This document shows, in pieces, positions 11,933 to 25,492 of a stretch of DNA of 33,896 bases. The notes beneath the pieces were generated by a model that was not told where the DNA came from, searched no databases, and saw nothing but the letters and a program-made list of their open reading frames with translations. Origin of the DNA: Cystobasidiomycetes sp. EMM_F5 (lineage: Eukaryota). The stretch's first letter is position 1, and each line of letters begins with the position of its first letter. The stretch lies in contig JBPGPT010000064.1 of assembly GCA_051047955.1 (NCBI GenBank), positions 1-33,896 on the forward strand, read 5' to 3'. The position numbers were made by a program, and so were the translations under genes.

Positions 11933-12315
11933 TCTCGTAAGTCTCTTCGTTACGTCTTTTATCCTCATTACCTTTTCCCTGCCGTGGATGAGCAATCTAT
12001 TTCTTCACTTTCGGACCCTTCTTCATAGAAGGGATATGAAGACCGAAAAAGACAAATGACAAGCATATGCCTGAGGCTCTCCTCCCTTTTCTGTGATGAG
12101 ACTCTTGGATGTGTCAGTACTGATGGCATTTCCATATTCAGGCGCATCTGGTCCTTTTCCCTTCAGCTGTTGATCGTCCCTAATGTTGTTGTCTCTCCTA
12201 AATTTGTCTATGCTACATTGATGTTTCATTGCGAGTGACAAATTTTCAAATGATGTCGAAATGTCACACTTGCTCCTCGCCTGTCTGGACTAACGACATA
12301 CTGTCACGCTCCTAC

Positions 12316-15300
12316 CTATAGAAAGCCCCTGATAACACGCTTCGGCTCCAGCACTTCCTTCGAGAGTTTGGCCGCTGCCCCATCCGCAGTCGCACCCCGA
12401 TTCATTTCGTCAGAAAATTCTTCCGAGTCTGATTCGCTGTCCAGCCTGAGCATAGGATTCACACTGAGAGTCTTACGATGACTGGGCTGCGGTGTGCTGG
12501 CATCCGTCTTCGTACGGCGGGTGGCTTCGCCCGCTGCCAGTACCTCCTCGGCTGTCTTGACGGTGAGCGGCACATCGAAAAGCTCAAGAATATACGATCT
12601 GACTGATGCCCTGAAATGCGATGTTGTCAATAGCTGGATAGCCCGATAGAACAGCGGTTTCGAGCCGAAGATATTCGGGTTCTTTTGCTTCAAGCGCGCC
12701 AATGTTTTCGACGACTGATGCGTCAAGAGGTTGTTGCTCATGCTTTCGAGTGCAGTCATTACTTCTCGCTCGATAGCGTTGGATGGGAGTCCTAAATCAT
12801 GCTGTGGCGGCATCGACAGGCGATGCGACTTCCAAGGCGGCACTTCAAGGAACGTGTCGATATTGTCCGGCAAGCAATATCCGATAGGAACGCCGATAGG
12901 CGAGTATGTTGAGGTCCAGCCGGCCGCGTCCAGAAGGTCGGCCCCTTCCGTCGTTGACGAGATGAGACCCAGAACGTAGTAGCATGTCCCGCGGAGGCTC
13001 AAGACCTTGCTGGAATATGCGATATCGACAATGTCGTCTATGCAGCCCTCAATTTCCAGGAACGAAATGCCGCCGGTAGTGGCACCGATATGGCCCTACG
13101 AAATGTTGTGATATCAGACAAATCGTGGTGTCTCGGCCGATGCGACTTACGACCGCCCATAGCACAGACTTGAGCTTGTTGATGACGGCGATATCAGTTT
13201 CCTCCGTAGCGTGTTCCCGAATAAAGATAGCAAACTCTCGAAAGTGTCCTTTGGCTTCAAGGATCATTCGCCCTTCGCCAGTCTTGACGAGTTCGCCGTA
13301 GAAGTGTAGCGGGATGGAGCCATCGAAGCTAGAATGTCATGTTAGTTACGAACCAGCCCAAAATCTGATTAGCCTTGTCGTACTCGGACAGTGTATCGTC
13401 AATATCCTTAGGCGCCAGAGACATGGCTTTTGCAAGGTTGACTTCAAGTTGCACGGTGTATTGGTCGTTTAGCTCCTAAAGTTATTTTTTTAGGATTCTA
13501 CGCCGTGGCAAGCCTTCGGAGACGGTCCGCTCACGTGAAACCAGCGTTCCATCTCACACTCGATGAACTCGACTTCGTGCAAGTAGCGGACGCCGACTGA
13601 AGTCGACAAAAACCTGATCGCTCGAAATGAGATCCCGTATGGCGACGCAGTTATTGAGCTCACCGAAACAAGAGAGGTTCGCCGGACGGTCCCAAATGAT
13701 CTAAAGCCGGACGCAGTTCGACCACATTCTCTAGAAGAGTGAGGTCCTGACATAGATCGAGAAGCATGGCTACGGCAAGATCTCGGACTTCTGTGGAAAT
13801 GTCGTATAATTGCGTCACGAGGAGTTGTATGACCCACTGTTTTGAGGTCGTCGAGTCGCGCAGGAGCCTACCCAAGTGCTTCGTAGCGAAGAGGCGAACG
13901 TGTTTGTAACCTGAATGGAGGGACTTTGACAAGACAACTCTTGTGTGAGCATCGCTGCGACGTAGAGTCAGGACACATCTTCAACGTGCTGTTCGAAGTG
14001 TCGTGTCTTACATGTCATAATTCAGGCTCTCTATGCATGCTGTAACGATATCCTCTCGACCTTTCAGATCAGTAATGCGGTAGAAGAGAGTAAAGATCTT
14101 GGCTTTCTCCACTAATCGCAGCCCCTCTGGATGTTTGCTCAGAGTGCCCAGCATGGCAAAGTATCCCGACGAGAGGGTTTCGGCGAACTGCTTCTCCGTA
14201 AAGATGGCATCAGCAGGGTTCATTTGGTAGTGCTATGATGAAGTGCATCAGTGTTTCCGAGCAGGAGCCACTCAGGCGTTTGAGTGCGCACCGGATCTAG
14301 ATGGCTCAATGCCTCAGCGATCTGACGGAGAAGCTTGTCTTGTTGAAGAAAGGCGATACCATCGGGATTTGCTACGAGTGTGGTCAAGAGGGAACATGCC
14401 AGTTTTGTCCATTTCAAATTGGCCTATTCTGTGATCAGCAACGCTGAAAATGATGCATGCCGGCCTCCACTCACAGGACTATTTTCTAGTACTGAATATT
14501 GCTTGTCGAATGGATAGAAGAAGGCAATGATACGCCTGACAAATTTTGTACCCTTGATAGCTTCATTGAGTCTAGCCGGATTTAACATTGGGCCCTCAAC
14601 GACGCCAAGAATGGCATTGTAATCCCATTTTGTGTATTCCTTGTGCAGAAGCACTTGCGTCTCGAGGAGTAGGCTCTTCCATGCAAGATCATCGATTTGC
14701 ATGCCTAAGCGTATCCTGGACGTCTCGACGTGTCTTTGCCCTCGAACAAGCGGATCTTCCAGGCTATTCGCGCGATGCCGCAATGGCTGGACACTCAATC
14801 CGACAGCCTGTCGCTTTGTTTGCGACTGACTGTAGCGATCAATGTTTGACATAACGTTTGTGCCAACCAGGCGATCCGGCAGACTGCCAAAATTAGAGGC
14901 CAAATTGAATATACTCGGAAGGGACTGCGTAAGCAGGACTCGGTCAGTATATCTGCTTGCCTTATCTCATCCCTGCTCTACTTACCTGCCATTGTGTAGC
15001 GTAGTGTGACGGCAGCACTCGGTTTGAAAGCGCAATCAGTTCGCCAACCAGCATTGCTCCTTTCCGCTGCACAAAATGTGATCTGTCTTTAGCGGCCAGA
15101 AGAGTCTGTCCGGACAGGTAAGCCTCAACCGGATCAGGCGGGAGTAAGAAGCCTACGCTGAGTAGTCCTGCATCAACAAGAACAATCAGGATCAAGCCAA
15201 GGTAGTGCTCTATCAAATTGAGGCGATTGTAGGGTTCGTCTCGTCTGTGCCCGTTCATAGTCCGGACCGATGAGTCTGAAACCGCCCGAGCCTTGACAGT

Positions 15301-17431
15301 ATCGGTCGACTTGCGTTCTGTTGCCTCCCAATGAGTCGAAGTGTGGCACAGCTCATTTTATCGCTTACTGGCTTTGTTCCCTAGCGCATCTATATCTTCA
15401 ATCCGGAAGACGTTGAAGAGAGTGTTCATGACAGCTTGCTGTCATTGCCAAGGGTCAGGTGATTATCCCCGATCGCGATTTGTACAAGCTCACTCTGCAG
15501 GTCACAGAGGGACTATCCAGTCCTCCGACGAAAGAGCGCAAAGCTTGCTTGTTATTCATGCAAAGATACATCAAGCCTGGATCTGAATCGTCAAAATGCA
15601 TCACAAAACAATAACGGGATAAGATACATACCCGTCCAGGATCTGAGGTACATGCCAACGATATGAGCACAAGTCCGCAACTTCTCATCGTGACCACTAG
15701 ATGTTTTCGAGCCAGCGGTAGAGAAGGCACTGACTACGAGCTAATTGGGAAATGCAGTCAGCCACTACATATTGGAACAGACTGAGGGTTGCTACCTCGA
15801 TGTCCAGCCCAGGTCTCAGCATTCTGCGAGCATCAGGCATGTCCATTATCGGCAAGAACACCAAAGCGAGATACGGCGAGAGCTCAGGCGGTCCCTCGAC
15901 GAATGATTGAAGAATGACGCGAAGGCCCTCGGAGCGTGTCAGGAGCGCCATGTCGTATACGCTAAGCTCAGAGAGTACTGCCAGAGCGAGCAAACGCAGT
16001 CTATCTTCGCTATTTTCGCACATGGCAACAATGGCTCGGACGAGTCCCTGAGTCAATGGATATGGCTTGGAGTGCATTGGCATCCAGCTTTTGACAAGCA
16101 AAAGCGCCTCGCTCTTCTCCAGATCGTATGAGGCGTTGCGGGAAAAGGTTCTGAGGCTCGTAGCATTAGCATGGAAGGACAATAGTCTATTGTCTCTACT
16201 GCCTACTTGATAAGAAAGAGCTCCAATCCGTGTGATATCAGGATTTGAATGTCAGCAGCTGTGGATTGGAGATAACGCAAGGTGCGATATGCCGCGGCTC
16301 TTAAATTTTGACTACTGGACTCTGCTAGCTGTGGGAGCAAGCTTGGATAGCGACGTCTTAGATAGATGGTATTTCTAAACATCCCGCGATGCTTACCGCT
16401 GAGTCACATCCTGAATAGGTATTTCCCACTTGATGCGCTCGTCCCGCTGCATGATCTGTGTGACAAAAGCGACACGAGTACATTGTCAATACAATAACAC
16501 ATCAGTTTGCACTTCCGCCATACCTGCAACAAGCGGTTGAGCGCATCTATCTTGCGGTCCTGTTGTGCAAAAGAAGTTCCAGCAGACGTCGATTGCTCCT
16601 CATCGTCTGACAGCGAGCGCAAGATTTCCATCGCAGATGCCGCGGCCGCAGTCGTCAAGTCTGCCAGTATACCATTGCGTCAGTCATTTACCCGAGGCAA
16701 CAGGAAGCTAGGCTCGTACCCCCATTCGAGTACATGTCATCGTCACTGGCAAAGTCATTCGCCTGTTGATCTGTGGTTGAAACAGAAAATAGCGTCAGTA
16801 TTGTACCATTGGTGTAGTGTGCAGGAGAGTTTCACCTACCTCGCATGTATGAACGCAATTCGCGGATACGCGCTTCAAGACTGGTAATCTGACTATTTGC
16901 CGCAGCCAAGGCGGCTTCGACTTGCAGTCTGAGATCTTCACGCTCGTTCTTCTTACGAAACACTTGCAATAGGTTCTCGGCGCCATCTTTGACCTTGATC
17001 TCGATGAGAAGCCTATTCAAGAGCGCTTCAAGCTGTCATGTCAATGCGGAATACGAATGCAACGATAAGAAGCGAATTAACGGAATCGGATTCGCAAGGC
17101 ATACCTCCATCTCCTCACTCCGGAACTGTTGTGCAGAGAGGCTTTCCGTTCCGGTAGATGGACTTGCTGGGCCGTTAGCTACACTCGGCAACGGTTTATT
17201 GATATTGGACGTGGAGGGTCTGCTGAAGTTGTAAAGGGTGGACGAGTCTGGAAATATGGACGCAGTGGATGAGACGCCCAGGCCATACTGGTGATGCGGT
17301 ACATCTTTCGAGACTTCGGGAGATTGTGGACGTGATGCCGTCACGGTGCTCGAAGTCGCCGTGGAATTGCTGGTCCCAGGCTGGACAAGGACCAGCGGCG
17401 TTGGTGTCAGTGACCGCGACGATAGAGGCAT
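12316..17431 (-). CDS. RICTOR: TORC2 subunit Rictor (yeast AVO3/TSC11, S. pombe Ste20), multi-exon
   Basis: N-terminal HR1-like helix (EIKVKDGAENLLQV); ARM-like exons; LHSGYKHVRLFATKHL; LVTQLYD; PLHFYGELVKT; KSVLWAVGHIG; SLRGTCYYVLGLISST. Many short GT-AG introns; not every boundary was resolved. Confidence 0.92.
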
Positions 17432-17690
17432 GCTGCTTCAGTTTCCGATATCATAACTTCGGATCATGCATGGTCAATTTAATGGAATGACGCGCTGACT
17501 GGGAGACCCGAAATTCAACTAATGTTCTCTCGATATTGAGTCGATACAACAAAAGGGGTGCAGACTAAAACGACGCCGCTCGTCTGCCCGCTGTCGTGCG
17601 CACGCGTTGATGCGGACAAGCTGTTACGGAGACGCCGCGTGCCTTCATAGTCCGCAAGAGCACGAAAGACGACAGTATGCGACTGCTGGC

Positions 17691-18779
17691 TTACGCCTCA
17701 ATCTGTCTCCGTCCGCTCTCTTCACGGTCCAACTCTACGATTCCAGACTCCTTCGCTTTGGGAACTTCCTCGCCAGCAGCGCCGAGGATAATTTCAATGT
17801 GGCACGGGTGTCCTTGGTACGGGTTGATACGACCGTGAGCGCGGTATGTGCGGCGGCGTGTTTTCTGCATAGAAGACATGTCAGAGGTGTTACAATGCAC
17901 GGAAGTAATGGGAAACAGCAGCTTACGGGTGCTTGTTGAACGACGACGTTGCGGATCGAGAGATCCTCAGAGGCAAGCTCGTTGGCAATGGCGTTGGATT
18001 CAGCATTCTTGAGCAGATCGCGCATAAACTTGGCAGACTTTACGGGCCATCGACCTGTCGAAAGGAGCGCGAATTTAGCCGATGAAGCATTAAAAATGGG
18101 CGATAATGCAACGCACCGAGGGTCGCCTTGAACTCCTTTGCTTGTGAAGTCCGGCCAACACCTCCGGCAAACCGCCTGAATGGAACGCATCGGCGGTGGT
18201 TTGTGACATCGTCAAGGTAGGCGTAGGCGTTTGCTAGAGTCATTCCGCGGAGGACGGCGCCCAACTCGCGAGAGTTTTTGAAATGCGTCCTCAGATGAGT
18301 TCCGCGAGACAAGCCGACCTTTTTCGAGTCAGACACGAGGTGCGCCTGACTGTACTTTCGGCTCAGAGGGTTTGCAGTTTTCTTGACCTAAATTATTTGT
18401 AAAAATATGTCAGTGATAGCCATAGGGCGTCATGTTTGGGCTCCAGGGCAGTCATCGGCATAGATCATCGATGCTATTGCGCTTCGCTAGTCTTGCCGGT
18501 CCAGTCCTCGTCGCCGTCTATATGTCGGAAACCAGCTGTTTATGCACGCTTCATCCGGTCGTCCAGCCAAAACTTTTCGCGAAAGCTCCAGAGACGTTCC
18601 GTCGACAAGTACATGGCGTATTCGTGTAGCAGCTTCACCCAATATCTGTACCATTCCCATTCTGTTTGCCGTTTGTCGAGCTCCTCCATCCTGATTCCTC
18701 CATCCACTCCCAATCCCGTCGATGTCCATGCCGATGCCTGCCCAGCCCATGCCGCAGCATATGTTTCGCAACTCACCAT
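17691..18779 (-). CDS. RPL17: 60S ribosomal protein L17 (uL22); coding exons 18779-18777 (ATG only), 18387-18117, 18054-17927, 17864-17691
   Basis: [56 protein letters not shown]. Confidence 0.96.
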
Positions 18780-19569
18780 CTTGACTTGTGTAGTGCCAGT
18801 GCAGATGCGCCGCTAGAATGCAGCGGCCTTTGGCGAGACTTGGGGAGGGGAAAAGGGAGTCTTCTTTTTGAGTGGTCGATCGCAGGAAAAACTTGAAATT
18901 TCGAGAGAGGGCTGAAAGGCAAAGAGCTGGGACGCTGAGAGAGAGATAGAGCCTGCACTCGCCCTACATGTAGACATTGTAGAGCATCCTCTTACTTCCG
19001 ATTTGCTGAGCTCGTGTTAAATACCATTGTTTTGAAAAAACGACACATTGCGGGGCAAGCTTAGATGAACCCCTCTACCTTGCCTAGACGTGCGAAAGCC
19101 CAAGAATGGTCTCCGTTAATCCAAGTAACAACTCATTCCGCCGTGCAAAGATGTGCAGCGGGCAGCAGGAAACGGCGGTGACTATAAGCTGCAGATGATT
19201 GGACGCATCATATATCGACATACGTTACAATCTCTCCTCTTGATGACGAAGGCGGCATTTCTTCTCTTCGCTCTGTCCGTGCTCGACCCGTCTACCGGCT
19301 TGCGAAATCTCTCGAGAGTCTTTGTAATAGCGGCATCATGATATGCATAGTATCCCTTTCCAGATACATGAGCCATTGCGTGTACGTGTCACAGTCTTTA
19401 CTTCGCAAAGACTGGCTCAAGGCGATTATACGAGGACGTGTATCTCAATTCAATATATCTTTCTACTGCCTGATTGTACATCTGTAAAGGGCGTTACTTG
19501 CCATACTAAAGCCAATCTACCACTCGGCGCCCACACACTTTGCGCACGACGCCTGAACGACTGTTGTGC

Positions 19570-20183
19570 TCAATCTGAAAGAGCTCCCAACATTGGAATG
19601 AGCGAGCCAGCAAATGCCAACGCTGGGCCCGTCAAGCCTATGCTGTAATCGCTAATTGCGCCAGATGCGTATTGTAGTGCCAGTAGAGCGTACAATGCCT
19701 TGTCTACGTGTCGAAATCAGTCGTTAGTCATCAACGATTCGCGCTTCGAGTGTATGCGACATACCTAGAACGGACGGAATACCTGCATTACGTCAACATG
19801 GTCAGCAAACGCCCAAGCCGTAACAGCGAGCTGCTCAATCACCAGTGTACGAGAACTTTAGCTGTATCAGAGCACCAGCAAGGAACCAGCTAGCGTTTTG
19901 GTAGAAGGCGACCTTTTGCGCTTTCGCCGGTCGTGTCATGTCGCTCAAAGGCTGGTTTGCCATTCCGGCAGTTGTAGCTGGCGCCAGGCTGTTGGCGATA
20001 TGCGATAAGGACGTTAGTGGACAATAAGTCCTCTGCGCGGCATAGCACTGCACATTAGAGCAATGCAGACGGCGCGTACAATAGCTTGGTTCCCGCAATG
20101 GCAATACTGCCGAGTGCTGACAGTCGGAGCAGCGTGCCAGCCAACGGAGACGGCGCGACGATGGCAAAGATGGAGGGAGCCAT
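19570..20183 (-). CDS. Small multi-pass membrane protein of unknown function (133 aa); exons 20183-20080, 19988-19843, 19782-19765, 19703-19570
   Basis: Three GT-AG introns with CTAAC/CTGAC branch sites join into one open 402-nt frame: MAPSIFAIVAPSPLAGTLLRLSALGSIAIAGTKLFLAP...KVAFYQNASWFLAGALIQLKFSYTGIPSVLDKALYALLALQYASG...PALAFAGSLIPMLGALSD. Confidence 0.75.
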
Positions 20184-20492
20184 GGCTTTGAGCGTAGAGA
20201 TGCTACAGCGGTGGATTGGCAGATATCGGAATGGTGCAAAGGCAAGGTTGCGAGGTGTTTTGTAATTCATGTCGCTGATGCCCGCGATCGACGAGCTACA
20301 CCTCAACTTTGCTCCTCGTCATGCCCAAATGATGCATTTGTCAATTTGCACACTGGTTACATTGGCTGATTGAGCTCTCCGGGCGCAAAAACCCAAAACA
20401 TGCAGAGATTATACATTGCTCCCCTGGGCATACACGCTTCACGTCAACCCTACCTCCCACACCGCTGCCTTCTCCGGCGTCTCGTTGACATG

Positions 20493-22580
20493 TCACGCAG
20501 GAAGGTATTGCTGTTGCGTTTGCGGAGGCGGTAGTTGCCCTTGCTGTAATGAAGCGCCTGTCCCGCGATGCCGTGTCTCCAGATGCTCAAAGACAAGAAC
20601 AAACTCCTTTTGCACCCGTTCCCACGAGTTGGGATCAAAAAAGATGTAGCTACCTCGCTCGTACGTGGCAGTCTTCTGTATCGGCTCTGACCCCACATCC
20701 TTGGTCAACCACAAGTGGAGATCTTTGTGGTACCGCCAATTGCGCTTGTACAGTTGCTCCGCCGCAGCTTCTTGCATAGCATCCCGAGGTTGCGAATAAA
20801 AGATGAGAAACAGCGTCTCGTCGCTAAAAGCTGCAATCTTGCTCGACGCAGGTGGTGGTTGCACATTGTAGCATGATGGCAGCTGAAATTCTGGTTCAAC
20901 ATTCAGACTTGCCACTTGCTCCGCGTCCGCCCAAGGCGTAATGAAAGACGAATGTAGGGGGCTGTTTCTGATACATCAGCCATCCATCCATCTACTGCTG
21001 CTCTCAAATTGACTCACTCGTTACTGCCAAGATCGAGGCCCAACTTTTCCAAATCTGTCCCCAGCGTTATTAGGCTAAAATCTGGATCCGCCGATAGCTT
21101 TATAATGTTGAGCAAGCCTAGCAAGCCAAACCTGTCGGCTGGACTATACAAGACTTGCTGCGCCGGTGTTTGCGGTAATTGGGTTTGATGATCTGTACTC
21201 AGCAGCCGTTGTTGCGCCTCTCGTTGCGACGCAATATGTTGTTGTAGTAGTATTTGTGACAATTGAGGCGGTAGATTGGACATATTCGGTGGTTGACCGA
21301 CAAGAGGCCGGCTATTTCTGATTGACGGGCTGTCATTCGGTGACGCGCTCTGCCCGAGGCTTCCTTCCAAAGTCTGGCTTATCCCGTTTAGTAGCGAATG
21401 TGACGCATGTGGACTTGTTTGCGTAGTGCTCTGTTGTGATAATGGCGGTAATGGCGAGTTGGCAGGATAAGGCGATAGAGATGATGTCGCTGACGGTTGT
21501 GATGCCATCTTATTGGGATAAGTCTACACGCGGCCAAAAGCTTTAGCTCTTTTTCCTGACTCGGGAACCTGCACTACCAACCTTCTTTTGTGAATGCAAG
21601 TCTTCACTAGGGTACGTCGACGCATTTGACACTGATCTCCCCTGAGATTGGGCGCCCGCCGACATACCGCCGAGTAACGCCTGCCTGTGAGCCAGGGCTG
21701 CTGCTGCACTAGCCTGTTCGGAAATGTGCTGTTGCTGCTGCCGTTGCTGATGCTGTTGTCCGTTGAGCAGGCCATTCATCTGGGGCAAATGATCGTGTCC
21801 TTGACCGTCGTTGACGGCGGCCGACAAGGCTGGAAAATCGTCTGCGCTAAACTCGCGTTGTTGTGGATTCAGCAGTGACCCGCTCGCTGCGTTGTTGCCT
21901 ATCGTCGAAAAGAAGGGCTGTTGATCCCGCCCTGAACTGGCTGCCGATACGTTTGAAGCAGAAGCTTGGGTCGCATATGATGATAGTAGAGATGGTCCTT
22001 GCCCTCCTATCGCGCTGCCCAGTCCGCCAATCACGCCAGACCCTCCTAGCGCCGGAAAGTCTGAAGGGTCGAGATTGAGGTCCGACAAGGTGGAGGCGGT
22101 GTTGGCGTTTGAGGCTATTGCTGTGTATTTGAGCAACAAGGCATGTCAGACGAGCCTCGTTCAGGCGTATATCCTCCTGACTGTGCCCGAACCCAGCAAC
22201 CACTCACGCGAAGCGTATGAAGCCATTCCGCCCTGTACTGCCTGCGCTCCGACGTTGCTGACTGTCCTGTTGGGTCCAGCACTGAGGAACGCTGCCTGGG
22301 CCTGTCCAGACTTTGATCCCAATCCGGAGCCAGCTGATGCTGATGCTGCCGTTCCAGGTCCGGCGTTGTTGGAGTTGAAGACGGACAGCAGCGACGAGGC
22401 GTTGTTGAGGTTTGGAATGGCGTTGCTGCTGAGGGTGAGACTGCTGTTGTTGCTGTTATTGCTAGATCCAATAACACCCCCAGCGCCAGACTGCTGCTGC
22501 TGGGTCGTCCGCGAAGGCAGACTGAAACCAGCTGGGCCTACGACTCCGCCGTTGCCAGAGCTGCCGCCGCGATATGCCAT
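20493..22580 (-). CDS. NOT2: CCR4-NOT subunit Not2 (Cdc36); exons 22580-22208, 22120-21582, 21523-21018, 20961-20493
   Basis: DRFGLLGLL, LGTDL, SFITPW, and the NOT-box FSDETLFLIFYSQPRDAMQEAAAEQLYKRNWRYHKDLHLWLT; Q/S/G-rich N-terminus with two DFPAL motifs. Confidence 0.93.
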
Positions 22581-22846
22581 ACAGAGGTGTCCAAGTCCGC
22601 GCGCAGGTTGGCTGTATTTGAATTATTGTCGGAGAATAATGCCCAGTTGTCCAATTCCAACGAAGTCTTTTTGAAGACAACTGGCCATATTGTTGATATC
22701 ATTCTGATACTCTGGCAAGCTCGGGATATCTTTACTCTCAAATCAGCACGCGCTCTCGTCTTCAAGTAACGGTCGACTTGCTACATTCTTCAAAAAAGAC
22801 CAACACTTTCGTCAAATTGTTGACATCAAATACGTGCACGGCAAAG

Positions 22847-23705
22847 ATGACTGCGATGCACAATCAGGCTGGAGCACCTGGAAAGCTGTATATTATTGGT
22901 GAGTCGCGCTAGCTGCTTGGTGCTTGCACTTTAGACCATTATTGCTAAATGTCGCTATATCTATATGCCTCCAGAACATATGGAAGCCGATGAGAACACG
23001 CCCGAGTCCCTTCCACCCTGGGTAAAACTCGAGTATGCTCATATGCTCGAACGGACTTGCTTGCCGTCTGTATCTCAGAGTGAACAGCCCAACAAGGTCT
23101 ACTTTACGAACCTATCACAACGATCAGCCAGTGCTCTCACGCAGCAGCTTCAGCGCAAGGACAATACTGCCAACAATCAGTCGGCATTCGAGGCAACAGC
23201 TACCTCAGTCGAGCAACTAATTAATTCGAAAGCCTTGCCACCCAAAAACCGCATCTGCTTGCTGGATCCCAAAGCCCAACATGCCATTTCTCCACAGGAT
23301 GCAGATGAGTTTGACGGTTTTCTCTTTGGAGGGATACTGGGGAACGATCCACCAAGAGACAGAACAAAAGAACTTCGTAAACTCGGCTTTCCGGGACGTC
23401 ATCTCGGTCCTGTTCAGATGACGACAGATACAGCAGTCTATGTGACCAGTATAGTCGTAGATCAACAAAGTGAGGCTGGGTATTCCTGAAGCGATATGGT
23501 TTCGATTACGTCTAAACAATCGTACATAGTTCCGCTGGATCAGATACCGTTCATCGACCATCCGACAATAACATTCAACAAGCAAGAAAGCGTAGAGATG
23601 CCCTTTCGCTACGTTAAATACGCTGAGGATGGTCAGCCAATTATGCCGGAAGGCATGCGCGAGCTTCTCTACGCCGATATGAACAAAGGTTTCGAAGAGT
23701 TGTAG
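22847..23705 (+). CDS. SFM1: SPOUT-family methyltransferase Sfm1-like; exons 22847-22898, 22975-23469, 23530-23705
   Basis: Splicing restores YIIEHME; also WVKLEY, CLLDP, FLFGGILGNDPPRDRTKELR, GRHLGPVQMTTDTAV, ESVEMPFRYV. Confidence 0.9.
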
Positions 23706-24255
23706 TTGGGTATGTGCAGTGACAAAAGTCAAGACCTGCGCCCAAGGGCTGCTTCTTCGGAAGAACCGCTCACTTCGTCTATTATAGCTCAAAACGGACG
23801 CGATAGCTAGCCTGTTCGAAAGCTACACTTTGCAACTTTTCCGAGGAGGAGTACGGCTTGAAAGTCGTGCCGAGATCAAACAAGCTTGTGGAGTGCGCGG
23901 AATCGATTGAACGCCGCTGAAACACTTAATCTTTCCTGTACCGCAAGCTTCCTTGTTGTCGAGCTGGAGCTACCAAACTTCAATATTGGCGGACAATTCT
24001 CGCGCAAGGCGGACAGCTGGACGCCGTTCAATCGAAGGCTGTCTACATCGCTCTGTGCCATCTTACCAAGATGAGGTTCTTGGACGATGGCGCACATGCA
24101 AATAACATTGCTAGCAAAGTTGCACAAGCTCGATGGTGCGACAGTCGATTGACCGTTCAACAGTTCAAGTCGAACTTGGGACGCTGGCGATCTTTACACG
24201 CCTCTCCCTCTTGCTTACTACTATTCAATCATCATCTTATCTCTTTGTAGAATTA

Positions 24256-25492
24256 ATGACGAGCCTTCCACGCGACATATGGCGTTCAATTGCACAGGCT
24301 TGTCACCAGCACGACATAGACGAGCGTGGAAACGCTACACTTCGCTCGCTATCAAAGTGCAGCGTCGAGATACGAAAGATTGTGCTACCGTTGGCGTATC
24401 AGGTACTTTTGATATCGGGTTTGAGCGAGTCTCCTGCCGAGATAACATTTTTGATTCCAGACGCTACACATTCGCCGGGCTCGGTCGAGTGACTTGTGCA
24501 CAGCTTCGCTGATCCCGGATCATCTCGCCGGATACGTGCAAGAGGCTGTCATCGCTTTACGACCATCTGACGGCAGCGATGGCACCGGACCGAGACTTCG
24601 CGAAAGCAATATGGCATTGGCCCAACTTTTGAGCAAATTGGTAAATGTCAAACACTTGACCATCCAGCACTACTGCCAAGGTGACACTTCACCGATGACA
24701 ACACCTTGCCATCCTGTTACTCGCGTAGAAGAAGCTGTAACACAGCTGGCAAATCTTGAGTCTCTGACCATTCTCGATAGCCAGGGTTTTAGCGATGCAT
24801 GGAGCGAGATGCCTTGGCGCTGTCGCTTATCAGCGATCACGCTGCGCCTGACGAATGAGCGCAACGATTGGGACACCTTGGCATCTACAATGACATATCA
24901 TGGGCTTCGATCCCTGTTGGAAATGCATGCGAGCTCCCTCACGGAAATCCGGATAGAAAACGCAGTGGCGCATCCAAATTATCATTCTTGGTACCCGTAT
25001 GGCCAGATGTACGAGTCTCGACCATCCCGATATTTCCGAACTTGGCATGAGGAGTCCATCGCTACTAAGCCTGAAGAAGAATGGCACAAGGTAAAACTCG
25101 TGGCGCTGACAAGCATCATCATCGACAACGAAGGGATGTCCTGCAAAGATCTGATGCAAATGTGTCGCTGCGCGAAGACGTTGAATCGCGTCAACTACGC
25201 CGTGCCGTCAGAGATTGTGCGCAATTCTTTGCGAGCCTCTGAGCTACAAAGTCTGTCTGACTGGCTACTATCCGGACCCAATATTCAGGAGTTCAATTTA
25301 TGCTTGTTCCGTAAGGGGCACTATGAAAAGGCCGATGACGAACCTCTTATTGTCAAAAGTGCCTGCGAGAAACGCCGAATCACCTTTGCGTTGGTGTACC
25401 GGCCATCAGCAGAAGACTTGGGTAGATCAGCGTGGCACTCAGATGGCGACAGTGACAACGAAGCAATCGATGCTGACACTGGCGGCTGGTAA
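24256..25492 (+). CDS. Hypothetical F-box-like / RNI-like LRR protein; exons 24256-24402, 24461-25492
   Basis: N-terminal SLPRDIWRSI...LRSLSKCS...IVLPLAYQTLHI matches the basidiomycete F-box-like pattern; LxxLxxLxI-type repeats follow (LVNVKHLTI, LANLESLTI, SLTEIRI). Confidence 0.65.

Noticed and set aside
18960..19560. Short ORFs or ncRNA upstream of RPL17
   Set aside because: No coherent spliced frame or recognisable RNA motif; likely promoter and UTR sequence.
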